From assembly GCA_964443635.1 (NCBI GenBank), contig CAYUDJ010000001.1, positions 1 to 56,279 on the forward strand: 56,279 bases of DNA. Reading direction: 5' to 3'. A model generated the notes under the pieces. It did no database searches. It saw only the letters and a list, made by a program, of their open reading frames with translations, and was not told the DNA's origin. Origin of the DNA: an uncultured Candidatus Saccharibacteria bacterium (GTDB taxonomy: Bacteria > Patescibacteriota > Minisyncoccia > Phycocordibacterales > UBA9973). Shown here in pieces: positions 43,405 through 53,086 of this stretch. A program made the translations under genes and the position numbers. Numbering within the stretch: position 1 is the stretch's first letter; each line of letters begins with the position of its first letter.

Positions 43405-44382
43405 TTACATCAACCCAACTGCTTCATACACACTACTCAGCTTCTCCATCGCAATATTATTTGCTTTCATTGCACCCTGGAGGAGGATTTCCTGTACGAG
43501 CTTTGGATTATCTTCGTATTGTTTGCGGCGGGCACGCATTGGAGTGACAAATGCAATGATATCCTTGATAAGGAGTTTTTTTGCGTCACCGTAACCAAGA
43601 CCTTTTGTATATTGAGCCTTGAGTTCTGCTGAATTATCAAAAAGTTTATGAATCTGGTACAGGATCATGTCATCAGGGTTTTTCTCTTCATCTTTGCCAC
43701 GTGAGTCAGTTGCGATACTCATGACAGCTTTGGCGATCTCCTCATCTGTTGCAAACAGTGGAATCGTATTGTTGTAACTCTTCGACATTTTCTGACCATC
43801 AGTACCTGGTACTGTAGCCATGTCTTCAAGAATCAAATCCTTTGGCAGGGTGAATGTTTCCTCAAATTGATTATTAAACTTCTGTGCAATATCGCGTGCG
43901 TACTCAATGTGTTGCTTTTGATCCTTGCCAACTGGTACCACATCAGGTCCGTAGAGAAGAATATCTGCTGCCATCAATACTGGGTAGTTAAAAAGTCCCA
44001 TACTTGGTTCAATATCCTTTGCAACAGCATCTTTGTACGCATGTGCACGCATCATAAATGGCACGGTAACCAGTGTATCAAATATCCAGCACAGATTTGT
44101 ATGCGCAGGAACAGCTGATTGCTTGAACAGAATGACTTTTTGTGGATCAAGCCCGATACCGAGATAGTCGAGAATCAGATCGTGTGAGAGTTTTTGCATC
44201 TGATCTTTATCCTGGATGAAGTTGAGTGCATGAAGATCAGCAAGCATAACAAATGTTTCGTACTCATCTTGCAGGTCAACGAATTGCTTCATGGCGCCAA
44301 AATAGTTACCAATGTGTGGCCGACCGGTCGGCTTTACACCTGAAATAAGACGTGGTTTTGTACCAGATTGTGGGGATTTCAT
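43405..44382 (-). CDS. trpS: Tryptophan--tRNA ligase
   Basis: SGVKPTGRPHIGNYFGA (HIGH), KMSKS, length 325 aa. Confidence 0.92.
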   Translation of the reverse strand: MKSPQSGTKPRLISGVKPTGRPHIGNYFGAMKQFVDLQDEYETFVMLADLHALNFIQDKDQMQKLSHDLILDYLGIGLDPQKVILFKQSAVPAHTNLCWIFDTLVTVPFMMRAHAYKDAVAKDIEPSMGLFNYPVLMAADILLYGPDVVPVGKDQKQHIEYARDIAQKFNNQFEETFTLPKDLILEDMATVPGTDGQKMSKSYNNTIPLFATDEEIAKAVMSIATDSRGKDEEKNPDDMILYQIHKLFDNSAELKAQYTKGLGYGDAKKLLIKDIIAFVTPMRARRKQYEDNPKLVQEILLQGAMKANNIAMEKLSSVYEAVGLM

Positions 44383-44457
44383 GTGTATATAGTATCAAAA
44401 ATAACGTTGTAATGGTAGTAAACAGTGCATTTCGTCCCCCATGAGCCAAGTGCTACA

Positions 44458-45858
44458 ATGAACGCAATGGCAAATCCCTCCCACCCTTCTTCTCTCGCGA
44501 ACCTCCGCGTCCCCCCGCACCACCTCGAAAGTGAGCAGGCAGTACTCGGCGCGCTCATGCTTCGTCCGGCAGCTATTCACGATATTGTCGATCTCATCAC
44601 TGCTGAGATGTTTTATGCAAAAAAGCATAGTCTCCTCTTTAAATGTATCAGTGACCTCTCATCAAAAAATGAGCCGATTGATGTGCTCTCAGTTGCAGCT
44701 CGATTGAAAGAGAAAAAACAGCTTGCGGATATTGGTGGAAACTCATACCTCAACGAACTCATGGGAAATGTCCCATCGACGGTAAATATCCGTCACTACG
44801 CGGAAATCGTCTACAAGAAGTTCATTCTTCGCTCACTCATCGATTCATCTGAAGCAATCGCAAGTCTCTCATACGAAGAAAACGACATGGATGTTGCCGA
44901 TATTCTTGATACCGCTGAAAAGAGTATCTTCAAGATTTCATCAAGTATGAACACAAAGAGCGCATTTGTCTCAATCAAGCAGACATTGATGGAAACAGTT
45001 GAACAAATTCATCATCTCCATGAAAACAAAGACGAGCTTCGTGGCGTACCGACTGGCTATGCCGATCTCGACCATCTCATTGCAGGGCTTCAAAAGTCAG
45101 ATCTTATTATTCTCGCAGCACGTCCAAGTATGGGTAAGACAACATTTGCGCTCGACATGGTGCGCAATGTCGCACTCTCTGGTACTCCAGTCGGTGTGTT
45201 TTCTTTGGAAATGAGTGCCAACCAGCTCGTCCAGCGTATGCTCTCTGCAGAGTCTCGTGTAGACGCATGGAGCATTCGTACAGGGCACGGACTCACACCA
45301 AACCACTTTACTGCGCTCCAAGAAGCTGCCAGTCGCCTGCAAAAGGCACCAATCTATATCGATGATCAAGCTGGTAACTCTATCGTTAAAATGCGTTCCG
45401 TTGCTCGTCGTCTCAAGAGCGAACACGGACTCGGACTCATTGTTGTCGACTATCTCCAGCTCATGACGACATCAAAGAACTACGACAATATGGTCAACCA
45501 AATCACTGAAGTGTCTCGATCGCTCAAGCAACTCGCCCGTGAGCTCGATGTGCCAGTGCTCGCACTCTCACAGCTTTCTCGTAATGTGGAGCAGCGCGGT
45601 GGCAAGCCTCGCCTCTCTGACCTTCGTGACTCTGGATCTATCGAGCAGGACGCCGACCTCGTGATGTTCATCCACAGTGAAGATCGCTACAAAGATCATG
45701 CTGAGCGCAGCAATATCATTGATATCCTCATTGAAAAACACCGTAATGGTGCGGTCGGCGCAATCCAGCTCATGTTTGATGCAAAGACGACATCCTTCTT
45801 GCCGATGGACAAGGCGCACGCACCAGTCAAAAAAGCTATGTCACTTGATGACTTCTAA
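44458..45858 (+). CDS. dnaB: Replicative DNA helicase
   Basis: PPHHLESEQAVLGALM, Walker A ARPSMGKTTFAL, VVDYLQLM, SQLSR..E.R, LSDLRDSGSIEQDAD. The longest ORF starts at GTG 44425. Confidence 0.92.
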   Translation: MNAMANPSHPSSLANLRVPPHHLESEQAVLGALMLRPAAIHDIVDLITAEMFYAKKHSLLFKCISDLSSKNEPIDVLSVAARLKEKKQLADIGGNSYLNELMGNVPSTVNIRHYAEIVYKKFILRSLIDSSEAIASLSYEENDMDVADILDTAEKSIFKISSSMNTKSAFVSIKQTLMETVEQIHHLHENKDELRGVPTGYADLDHLIAGLQKSDLIILAARPSMGKTTFALDMVRNVALSGTPVGVFSLEMSANQLVQRMLSAESRVDAWSIRTGHGLTPNHFTALQEAASRLQKAPIYIDDQAGNSIVKMRSVARRLKSEHGLGLIVVDYLQLMTTSKNYDNMVNQITEVSRSLKQLARELDVPVLALSQLSRNVEQRGGKPRLSDLRDSGSIEQDADLVMFIHSEDRYKDHAERSNIIDILIEKHRNGAVGAIQLMFDAKTTSFLPMDKAHAPVKKAMSLDDF

Positions 45859-45872
45859 TACTATTGAAATCT

Positions 45873-46472
45873 ATGGATGAACACGTTTCGCGGCTCTCAA
45901 AACTTTTCTTGCAATTCCCTGGTATTGGCGAACGTCAGGCGCGTCGTTTTGCATACTTCATATTGAATCAACCTGAGAGTTATGTGGGTGCACTTGCTGC
46001 AACACTCAAAGACGCACGTGGTGCAGCACACACCTGTACACGATGTCTCCGTATATTTGAAGGACAGTCAGGACTCTGTAGTATCTGTCGTGACGGTTTG
46101 CGCGATCAAAACATGCTAGTGGTAGTAGAAAAAAGTCAGGATATTGATTCATTCAAAAAGACTGACTACCACGGACTCTACTTTGTGCTTGGAGGACTGA
46201 TTCCCATCGTTCAGAAAAATATCCTTGATGGCACAAATGCAAAGCGACTCGTAGAGCGTGTGAAGACCGATACAGGTCTCGACGAAATTATTCTTGCATT
46301 CCCTATCACACCAAACGGCGACCATACTGACCAAGCGATTCGTGAGCTTCTTGCACCCGTTGCTCGCCCGGATCTCCAGATTTCTAGCCTCGGCCGAGGA
46401 CTCTCTGCGGGAGCTGAACTCGAGTATGCTGATGCTGAGTCGTTGTCTGCCTCGCTCAAAAAACGGGAATAA
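45873..46472 (+). CDS. recR: Recombination protein RecR
   Basis: FPGIGERQARRFAYF HhH, C4 zinc finger CTRC...CSIC, Toprim region. Confidence 0.88.
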   Translation: MDEHVSRLSKLFLQFPGIGERQARRFAYFILNQPESYVGALAATLKDARGAAHTCTRCLRIFEGQSGLCSICRDGLRDQNMLVVVEKSQDIDSFKKTDYHGLYFVLGGLIPIVQKNILDGTNAKRLVERVKTDTGLDEIILAFPITPNGDHTDQAIRELLAPVARPDLQISSLGRGLSAGAELEYADAESLSASLKKRE

Positions 46473-46505
46473 AAAAATCTCTTACAAGTTGTAAGAGATT
46501 TTTTA
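46473..46505. terminator. Bidirectional terminator between recR and rplU
   Basis: Perfect 10-bp stem aatctcttac / gtaagagatt flanked by A7 and T6. Confidence 0.75.
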
Positions 46506-46506
46506 T

Positions 46507-46857
46507 TTAAATAGAAGTGATAGTTACCTTGAGTTGTGGCTGTTGGTGACCGTTCTTTTTGAAGTATCGTGACTTCTGTTTGTACTTGATCACGGTGAGC
46601 TTTGGAGCGCGTCCAACACTTGCAACTTCACCAGTTACGGTAGCGCCTTTGATAAATGGAGCGCCGATTACTGTAGCTGAGCCACTGTCAGTGAGGAGTA
46701 CTTCTTCGAAGGTTACTGCATCGCCCTTTTTGAGGTCTGCTATCTTTTCGATAGTGATAGTCTCACCAACTGCTACACGGTATTGTTTGCCGCCTGATTT
46801 GATGACTGCAAAACCGTCATCGGTGGTCTTTTTTGTTGCTTTTGTTGCTGTTGCCAT
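46507..46857 (-). CDS. rplU: 50S ribosomal protein L21
   Basis: FAVIKSGGKQYRVAVGETITIEKI...VIKYKQKSRY is the L21 signature, with an N-terminal basic extension. Confidence 0.9.
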   Translation of the reverse strand: MATATKATKKTTDDGFAVIKSGGKQYRVAVGETITIEKIADLKKGDAVTFEEVLLTDSGSATVIGAPFIKGATVTGEVASVGRAPKLTVIKYKQKSRYFKKNGHQQPQLKVTITSI

Positions 46858-46967
46858 ATAAGAGCCCCATTATACCTATCCTGCTAGGATTTGCAAGTGG
46901 GTTTCCGGCTATGTTTTATAGGCTTTTCCTCTGGCGACTCTTCTCGGAATGCTCTATACTACAAGCA

Positions 46968-47882
46968 ATGATTTCCCGTTATACACACCAAGGTCTGACT
47001 TGGATTGACCTCGAGTCCCCAAGCTCTGAGGAGGTACGCCATATTGCTGAAGAGTTCAGTCTCCCCAACCTTGTCACCCAGGAAATGTCCACATTGATGC
47101 TGCGCTCCAAAGTCGACTCATACCCCGACTTCATGTACCTTGTACTTCATTTTCCAATGCTTGCAGGACAGTCTGATAATACTGAACAAGAAGTGGATTT
47201 TATCATCGGCAAGGAATTTATCATTACTATTCGGTATGAAAAAGTGGCAGCAATCAGTGAATTTGCACAGGTGTTTGAAAAGGCCTCGCTTGGTGGTGGA
47301 GAGCACCAGATGACGCATGGAGGTTTTGTCTTCACTCAACTCATGAAAGTATTTTATTCTCGACTACTGAACGACCTGGAAGACATCACTACCATCATCA
47401 AGGATGTCGAATACTCTATCTTTAGCGCACAGGAAAGCTCGACAGTGCGAAGACTCTCTACCGTTTCACGTACGTTGCTGGACTTTAAACAAGCAGTTCA
47501 TTTTCACCGCGATATCCTACAGTCATACCAGACAGCAAGTGCGAGATTGTTTGGAAACGGCTATGTACATGCAGCTGAGAACATTGTGTCAGAGTTCAAC
47601 AAGGTTTCTAACGTGCTTGAAAATCATCGTGATGTCTTGATGGAACTTCAGCGCACCAATGATTCGCTCCTCTCTACAAAATCAAACGAGATTATGAAGA
47701 CATTTACTGTCATGACGTTTATCATGTTGCCACTGACGCTCATTACAGGGATATTTGGTATGAATACGCTTTCTGATCTTATTTTCATTCGCAGCACCCA
47801 AGATTTTTATTTTGTCCTTGGTGCAATGCTTCTCACTGGGTTGGTCATGTTTTTATTCTTCAAGCTCCGTAAATGGCTCTAA
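46968..47882 (+). CDS. corA: CorA-family magnesium transporter
   Basis: GIFGMNT (GMN motif) between two C-terminal TM helices. Start set at ATG 46968 (MISRYTHQGLTWIDL), because the longest ORF overlaps rplU. Confidence 0.85.
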   Translation: MISRYTHQGLTWIDLESPSSEEVRHIAEEFSLPNLVTQEMSTLMLRSKVDSYPDFMYLVLHFPMLAGQSDNTEQEVDFIIGKEFIITIRYEKVAAISEFAQVFEKASLGGGEHQMTHGGFVFTQLMKVFYSRLLNDLEDITTIIKDVEYSIFSAQESSTVRRLSTVSRTLLDFKQAVHFHRDILQSYQTASARLFGNGYVHAAENIVSEFNKVSNVLENHRDVLMELQRTNDSLLSTKSNEIMKTFTVMTFIMLPLTLITGIFGMNTLSDLIFIRSTQDFYFVLGAMLLTGLVMFLFFKLRKWL

Positions 47883-47885
47883 TAT

Positions 47886-49262
47886 ATGGCACTTCATCTC
47901 TACAACACCAAAACTCGCTCGATTGAGGAATTCTCTCCGCTCAATGCGCCGACCGTCACAATGTACGCCTGCGGTCCCACTGTCTATGATTTCACACATA
48001 TTGGGCACATGCGCAAATATATTGGGGATGATATTCTTCGTCGCACGCTTGCGCTACTCGGCTATGAGATCAAACACGTCATGAATATTACCGATGTTGG
48101 ACACCTTACCAATGACTCAGATGAAGGTGACGATAAATTTGAAAAAAAAGCAAAACTTGAAGATAAGAGTGTCTGGGATATCGCAAACTTTTACACTGAC
48201 TATTTTCACAAAAGCATGCAGGCGGTCAATATCTTGCCCCCAACTATTGAATCAAAAGCTACAGAACACATTCCACAAATGATCGCGCTTGTTGAGAAGC
48301 TCTTTGAGAAAGGCTTTGCGTATGAAACTGACCAAGCAATCTATTTCGATGTTTCCAAAGACCCAGCCTATGGTGCACTCTCAGGACAAAAAATATCTGA
48401 TAAGGAAGTCGCTGTTCGAGATGATGTAGTTATTGACCCTAACAAGCGCAATCCTGCAGATTTTTCACTTTGGTTTAAACGTGTTGGTAAATTTGCTGAC
48501 CACACCATGTATTGGCAAAGTCCATGGGGAGACGGGTTTCCTGGGTGGCATATCGAATGTTCTGCGATGAGTATGGCCTACCTCGGCGAAACAATCGATA
48601 TCCATACTGGAGGTATCGATCACATTCCTGTGCACCATGAGAATGAAATCGCGCAAAGTGAGTGTGCGACTGGGCATGAGTTTGTGCATTTTTGGGTGCA
48701 TCATGACTTCTTGCTTGTCGATGGTGTAAAAATGTCGAAGAGTTTGCAAAATTTCTATAATCTGGATGACATACTTGCAAGAAATATCAACCCTCTTGCG
48801 TTGCGCCTTATGTTCATGCAAACGAGCTACCGCAAACCATTGAATTTTACATGGGATGGTCTTGAGGTTGCACACACACAGTTCAAAAAAGTCCAAAAAT
48901 TCGCTTCTCATCAAGATACTATCGGTACTATCAATGAAAGCTACCTCGCCGGCTTCAAGGACGCACTTTCTGATGATATTAATACTGCAAAGGCTATTGC
49001 ACTTCTCTGGGAGCTCGTCAACGACATGACCCTAGCCGATCCTGATAAATGGGCGACATTACTTGCCTTTGATGAAGTGTTTGGTTTTGATTTAAAAAAC
49101 ACACCAAAATTCAGTATTACCAAAGAAGCCCAACAACTCGTTATTGAACGTGACAATGCCCGTGCCGCAAAGGACTTTGCTACATCTGACAAGCTCCGTG
49201 CAGTACTCGAAGCACTCGGCTACGACGTCAGTGATACTCCTGAAGGAACAAGACTTTCATAG
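47886..49262 (+). CDS. cysS: Cysteine--tRNA ligase
   Basis: CGPTVYDFTHIGHMR (HIGH), GWHIECS, KMSKS. Confidence 0.92.
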   Translation: MALHLYNTKTRSIEEFSPLNAPTVTMYACGPTVYDFTHIGHMRKYIGDDILRRTLALLGYEIKHVMNITDVGHLTNDSDEGDDKFEKKAKLEDKSVWDIANFYTDYFHKSMQAVNILPPTIESKATEHIPQMIALVEKLFEKGFAYETDQAIYFDVSKDPAYGALSGQKISDKEVAVRDDVVIDPNKRNPADFSLWFKRVGKFADHTMYWQSPWGDGFPGWHIECSAMSMAYLGETIDIHTGGIDHIPVHHENEIAQSECATGHEFVHFWVHHDFLLVDGVKMSKSLQNFYNLDDILARNINPLALRLMFMQTSYRKPLNFTWDGLEVAHTQFKKVQKFASHQDTIGTINESYLAGFKDALSDDINTAKAIALLWELVNDMTLADPDKWATLLAFDEVFGFDLKNTPKFSITKEAQQLVIERDNARAAKDFATSDKLRAVLEALGYDVSDTPEGTRLS

Positions 49263-49265
49263 TTG

Positions 49266-50981
49266 TTAACTCGGCATAGTGTCGGGTGTCACGTGTGCAC
49301 CAACTGCAGGAATATAGACTTTGAATACTGATCCCTTTCCAAGTCCTTCGGATTCAATAATTACGTCACCCTTATGGGCGATTGCAATCTGTTTTGCGAG
49401 ATAGAGCCCAAGACCAGATCCACCAGTATTGAGTCGTCCACCTTCACCTCGACTAAATTTCTCAAACAATTTTGCTCTCGTCTCAGGTGAAATACCGATA
49501 CCACTATCGCGCACTGCAAACCATACAGTAGTGTCATCCCTCGAAAGAGAAATCTCTACAAAGCCACTCTGTGTATATTTAATACTGTTGTCAGTGAGGT
49601 TGAGGAATACTTGCTTGATCTTTACCGGATCGGCGTTGACCATGAACTTGTCATAGTTCGGCAAACTGAGCCGGAAGTCGAGTCCTTTTGCCTCTGCAGG
49701 GATTTTCATTTCGTTATAGAGGTTCGTAATAATAGTTGAAAGGTCGGTCGGCATGAATTTATATTTCATTCCACCCTGCTCGATTTTTGATACGTTGAGC
49801 AAATCCTCCACGATACTCACGAGTCCTTGCGCGGAGCTATAAATGCGCTTTACTGCAACATCTTGTTTCTCAGCAAGCGGTGTAAACGATCCTTCGATCA
49901 GCATTGAGGCATACCCTTTGATCGCAGTGAGTGGACTGCGGAGCTGATGGGATGCTAGGGACAAGAATTCCGTCTTGAGCTTATCGAGCCCTTTGAGTTT
50001 TTCGTTTGCTTGGGCAAGTGACGTATTTAAGGCTTCAAGGTTTGCAGAAAGTACTTCAAGACGTTCTTTTTGCTCGATCTCACGTTTTACTGATCGGACA
50101 AGTGCATACCCAATCATAATAACTAACAATAGTGTCGCCAAGAGTACGATACGAATATTTCCTATTGTACGAACAAATAATGCTGCAGATACAAGAAATC
50201 CCAATGCCCAAACCAGCGCCTGAGTGGCAATTAATTTAATATCAAAAGCTTTAAATTTAATAATAAGGTATGCCAAAATTCCAACAAATACAGGAACTCC
50301 GACCAAGCCAATTTGTCCAATACCCCAATTATCTGTAAAGACTTCAACAATATTACCAAGAGAAAACGATAAAAGAAATATAACAAGTGCGGTTGTTATA
50401 ATGAAAATTTGTGCTCGAGTTTCGCGGATTACAGCACTATGATATCTACGAATTCCTAAAATAATAATCCAAACAACAAACAATATTTCAATTATGTATC
50501 CGTACTGTGCCAGAGGGCCTTCAATCGCAGCTCTATCACAATCAGCTAAATTAAATCCAAGTAAACTAAACTTTGTTGATGCAAAAATTATGACTGGCAA
50601 AAGCATTGCACCAAAGACAATCTTCTTGTTTAGCGATATATCTTTTTTATCAATAAAGACATAGAGGAAATAAACTGATCCGGCATATATAAAGGGTTCA
50701 AACAGGTTAATAAGCGACCAAAAAAACATAACAAGTGAAGGTTTTTCAGATGCCCACAGCACAAGATCTCCAAATATCCACAAAGAAAGAAATACCGTTA
50801 TAGAAAAAAGTATATTATTAAGAAGTATTTTTCTACCCTTTAAATAAATCAAAATGCCTAAAAAAAGAGACACAGTGATTGCAAAAAAATGCGAGTAATA
50901 AATAAGCGGTGCGAATACATTATCCGATATGATCAGATACTGTGAAGGCGCCCATTGACATGCAGTAATTAATTCTTCCAT
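49266..50981 (-). CDS. Sensor histidine kinase with N-terminal multi-TM (7TM-type) sensor region
   Basis: H-box LASHQLRSPLT, N/G boxes (NLTDNSIKYT, DSGIGI, GGSGLGL), about 7-8 N-terminal TM helices. No response regulator in this window. Confidence 0.85.
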   Translation of the reverse strand: MEELITACQWAPSQYLIISDNVFAPLIYYSHFFAITVSLFLGILIYLKGRKILLNNILFSITVFLSLWIFGDLVLWASEKPSLVMFFWSLINLFEPFIYAGSVYFLYVFIDKKDISLNKKIVFGAMLLPVIIFASTKFSLLGFNLADCDRAAIEGPLAQYGYIIEILFVVWIIILGIRRYHSAVIRETRAQIFIITTALVIFLLSFSLGNIVEVFTDNWGIGQIGLVGVPVFVGILAYLIIKFKAFDIKLIATQALVWALGFLVSAALFVRTIGNIRIVLLATLLLVIMIGYALVRSVKREIEQKERLEVLSANLEALNTSLAQANEKLKGLDKLKTEFLSLASHQLRSPLTAIKGYASMLIEGSFTPLAEKQDVAVKRIYSSAQGLVSIVEDLLNVSKIEQGGMKYKFMPTDLSTIITNLYNEMKIPAEAKGLDFRLSLPNYDKFMVNADPVKIKQVFLNLTDNSIKYTQSGFVEISLSRDDTTVWFAVRDSGIGISPETRAKLFEKFSRGEGGRLNTGGSGLGLYLAKQIAIAHKGDVIIESEGLGKGSVFKVYIPAVGAHVTPDTMPS

Positions 50982-51175
50982 AGTAGAATATGCTCATCTG
51001 GTTTAATATTTGACACTTCGTTTGCATTCCATACTGTAATCGAAGGTATGGTTTCCTCATCTGTAAACACAAAAAAATCTTCACGAACAATGTAGCGTTC
51101 ATAACTCATTACAAGAGATGTAATTATTACTACAAACAATACGATCATAAAAATTTTTGATTTTGTATCAATCAT
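50969..51175 (-). CDS. Small single-pass membrane protein (68 aa)
   Basis: ATG overlaps the SET gene stop (TAATG) and its 3' end overlaps the kinase start by 13 nt. TM segment IFMIVLFVVIITSLVM. Confidence 0.5.
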   Translation of the reverse strand: MIDTKSKIFMIVLFVVIITSLVMSYERYIVREDFFVFTDEETIPSITVWNANEVSNIKPDEHILLWKN

Positions 51176-51645
51176 TACTTTGCGCGAGCGTATAATTTTT
51201 GAAAATAACGAGGCACATAGGGCATATATTTGTCGAAAACTTTCTTTGGGAGATGCTGAATTGAACGGATACTCTTGCGACAAACAGAATGACCACAACT
51301 ACAAGACATTTCCCATCGTTCATCAGCTTCAATCGTGGAGTAATCAATTGTTATTTCTTCGCCTTCCTTGAGGTCGCGCAGTGCAATAATTGCAACTTTA
51401 CCTTTTATACCTGCTGTCGGATTACAAGAATGATTTAAAAACTTCCAAGGCTTTTCGGGATCAATCCATTGATTCTCGGCAATACCAACCCAGTTTGGGT
51501 TATCGAGTGCATCTTTTTTATTCTTGTTGATTTTAAATTTTATGTCGCCCTTAATATAGCGGATCAAATCACCTTTCTTTGCTGGTTCGCCAATCATTAC
51601 TCCCATACCAGCAATCTTACTTGTTGCGATATATATATGTTTCAT
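51175..51645 (-). CDS. SET-domain protein (putative protein lysine methyltransferase) with post-SET Cys cluster
   Basis: GMGV...G, FLNHSCNPT, EGEEITIDYS and CSCGHSVCRK motifs. Confidence 0.8.
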   Translation of the reverse strand: MKHIYIATSKIAGMGVMIGEPAKKGDLIRYIKGDIKFKINKNKKDALDNPNWVGIAENQWIDPEKPWKFLNHSCNPTAGIKGKVAIIALRDLKEGEEITIDYSTIEADERWEMSCSCGHSVCRKSIRSIQHLPKKVFDKYMPYVPRYFQKLYARAK

Positions 51646-51704
51646 AGTGTAAGTTATTATTATACCATTTTTATAATACTAAAAAACCCTCAGCTTGTCC
51701 AAAT

Positions 51705-52292
51705 TTAGACAAGTAAGGGTTTTGCCCGAATAACTATAATAAATATGACTAGGTGCCAAAATGCATAGTGAATCGGGTAGATCATTTTTAATTGGCTTTG
51801 TTGTGGAATCTCCGCAATCAACAGAAGTGTGTACGCAACAGTCCATATCATCCATGGTCCAGCTTTTTCAGAAGCAGGATCTCCTTTTGTCTCAAGTACA
51901 ATAGGTATAAATGATATCAAAACAGAAATTTGTAGTACTATAGCGGTAGTTATATTTTCACCACTCAGTTGCCAGTAAATTGTTATACCTATATCGGCAA
52001 TTAGTATTACTATTTCGTACCATTTTGGACGCTCAAATTTTCCCAAAACAAGGAAAATTATTGCTGACATAACACAACATATTGCACACACTATCGGCAA
52101 GCTTTCAATAAAAGAAATTGTTTTATGAAGACTTAAATAGTTGAGGCAAACAATTGCATTACCATACGACCATATGACCCAGCTTCCCGTATTGGGTTTG
52201 ATTTGTCCTGTGATGACATAGTAGTCATACCAGACATAGCCGATGATTTGAAGTATTCCTGCACAAAGACCAATAATTTCAAAGATGTTCAC
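51705..52292 (-). CDS. Polytopic membrane protein, paralog of 13510..14097
   Basis: Same length (195 aa) and shared sequence blocks with the 13510 product. Confidence 0.6.
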   Translation of the reverse strand: MNIFEIIGLCAGILQIIGYVWYDYYVITGQIKPNTGSWVIWSYGNAIVCLNYLSLHKTISFIESLPIVCAICCVMSAIIFLVLGKFERPKWYEIVILIADIGITIYWQLSGENITTAIVLQISVLISFIPIVLETKGDPASEKAGPWMIWTVAYTLLLIAEIPQQSQLKMIYPIHYAFWHLVIFIIVIRAKPLLV

Positions 52293-52339
52293 GTAATGTA
52301 TTTTTTATTATTATAGCAAATAAATATGAATTTGTCAAT

Positions 52340-52370
52340 CAAAAAACCGTCTCTGTGTACAGAGGCGGTC
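52340..52370 (-). terminator. Intrinsic terminator
   Basis: 10-bp stem accgtctctg / cagaggcggt (one G-U pair) with 4-nt loop. T-run on the minus strand. Confidence 0.65.
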
Positions 52371-52390
52371 ATTTCATTTTTTACTCTAAT

Positions 52391-53038
52391 CTAATCAGGT
52401 GTAACACTTCCGTTCCACATAAGCCCTATAGTAATAAGGTTTCCATCAGATTTTCGTTGTAATCCATAGGCAACCCATGGTGCAAAACCTGCAGGAAGAT
52501 TGAGTTGGATACGAGGGCCAATTGCAGACTCTGTCTGAAAAAAACCCCCAACTCCAAGCCATTTCGTAACCGAGTACATTGCATACCCTTGCCACCATAC
52601 CCCGGCAGACTTTGAGTAGTAAGGATTGAGTAATATAGTCACCTTCCCTTTTGCTCGCTTGTCGTCGGCTTTATTTTCGGCGTAGAGATAGCATGATGCT
52701 GAAGCTGTAAGCGCCTCGTATTCATCCCATTCCAGTCCGGGAGCAATACCTCCTTCGACATACCAATTTTTACCAAAAGTTTTACTGGTTATATATCCCA
52801 ACATAAGTGTTTGTGCCTCAGGTTCCTGTGAGCATTGTAGGTACATACCACTCCCTTTTTTACCTATAACGGAAACCCATTGTTCCGCATAATAATTTGT
52901 AGGAATAGCAGAAAAATTTAGCTCTGAACCTGTTTGTGTTGTCTGCACTTCAGCAAATAATGAAACCTGCTGTGCAGAAAGATTAGTCTTTTTAAAGAGA
53001 AAAAATAAAAGAATAAGTACTAATAATATTTTTTTCAT
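52391..53038 (-). CDS. Secreted beta-rich hypothetical protein (215 aa)
   Basis: Classical signal peptide MKKILLVLILLFFLFKKTNLSAQQ. Aromatic/Gly-rich alternating pattern. Confidence 0.6.
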   Translation of the reverse strand: MKKILLVLILLFFLFKKTNLSAQQVSLFAEVQTTQTGSELNFSAIPTNYYAEQWVSVIGKKGSGMYLQCSQEPEAQTLMLGYITSKTFGKNWYVEGGIAPGLEWDEYEALTASASCYLYAENKADDKRAKGKVTILLNPYYSKSAGVWWQGYAMYSVTKWLGVGGFFQTESAIGPRIQLNLPAGFAPWVAYGLQRKSDGNLITIGLMWNGSVTPD

Positions 53039-53086
53039 GTTGCGTAGTTTTCACTATTTAAGCATGAAATATAAGATTAGTCAATA

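Noticed and set aside
50969-51298. The full 109-aa ORF overlaps the 3' end of the SET gene by 124 nt.
   Set aside because: The N-terminal 41 codons overlap the well-supported SET frame. The internal ATG at 51175 (TAATG coupling) gives a sensible 68-aa TM protein instead.
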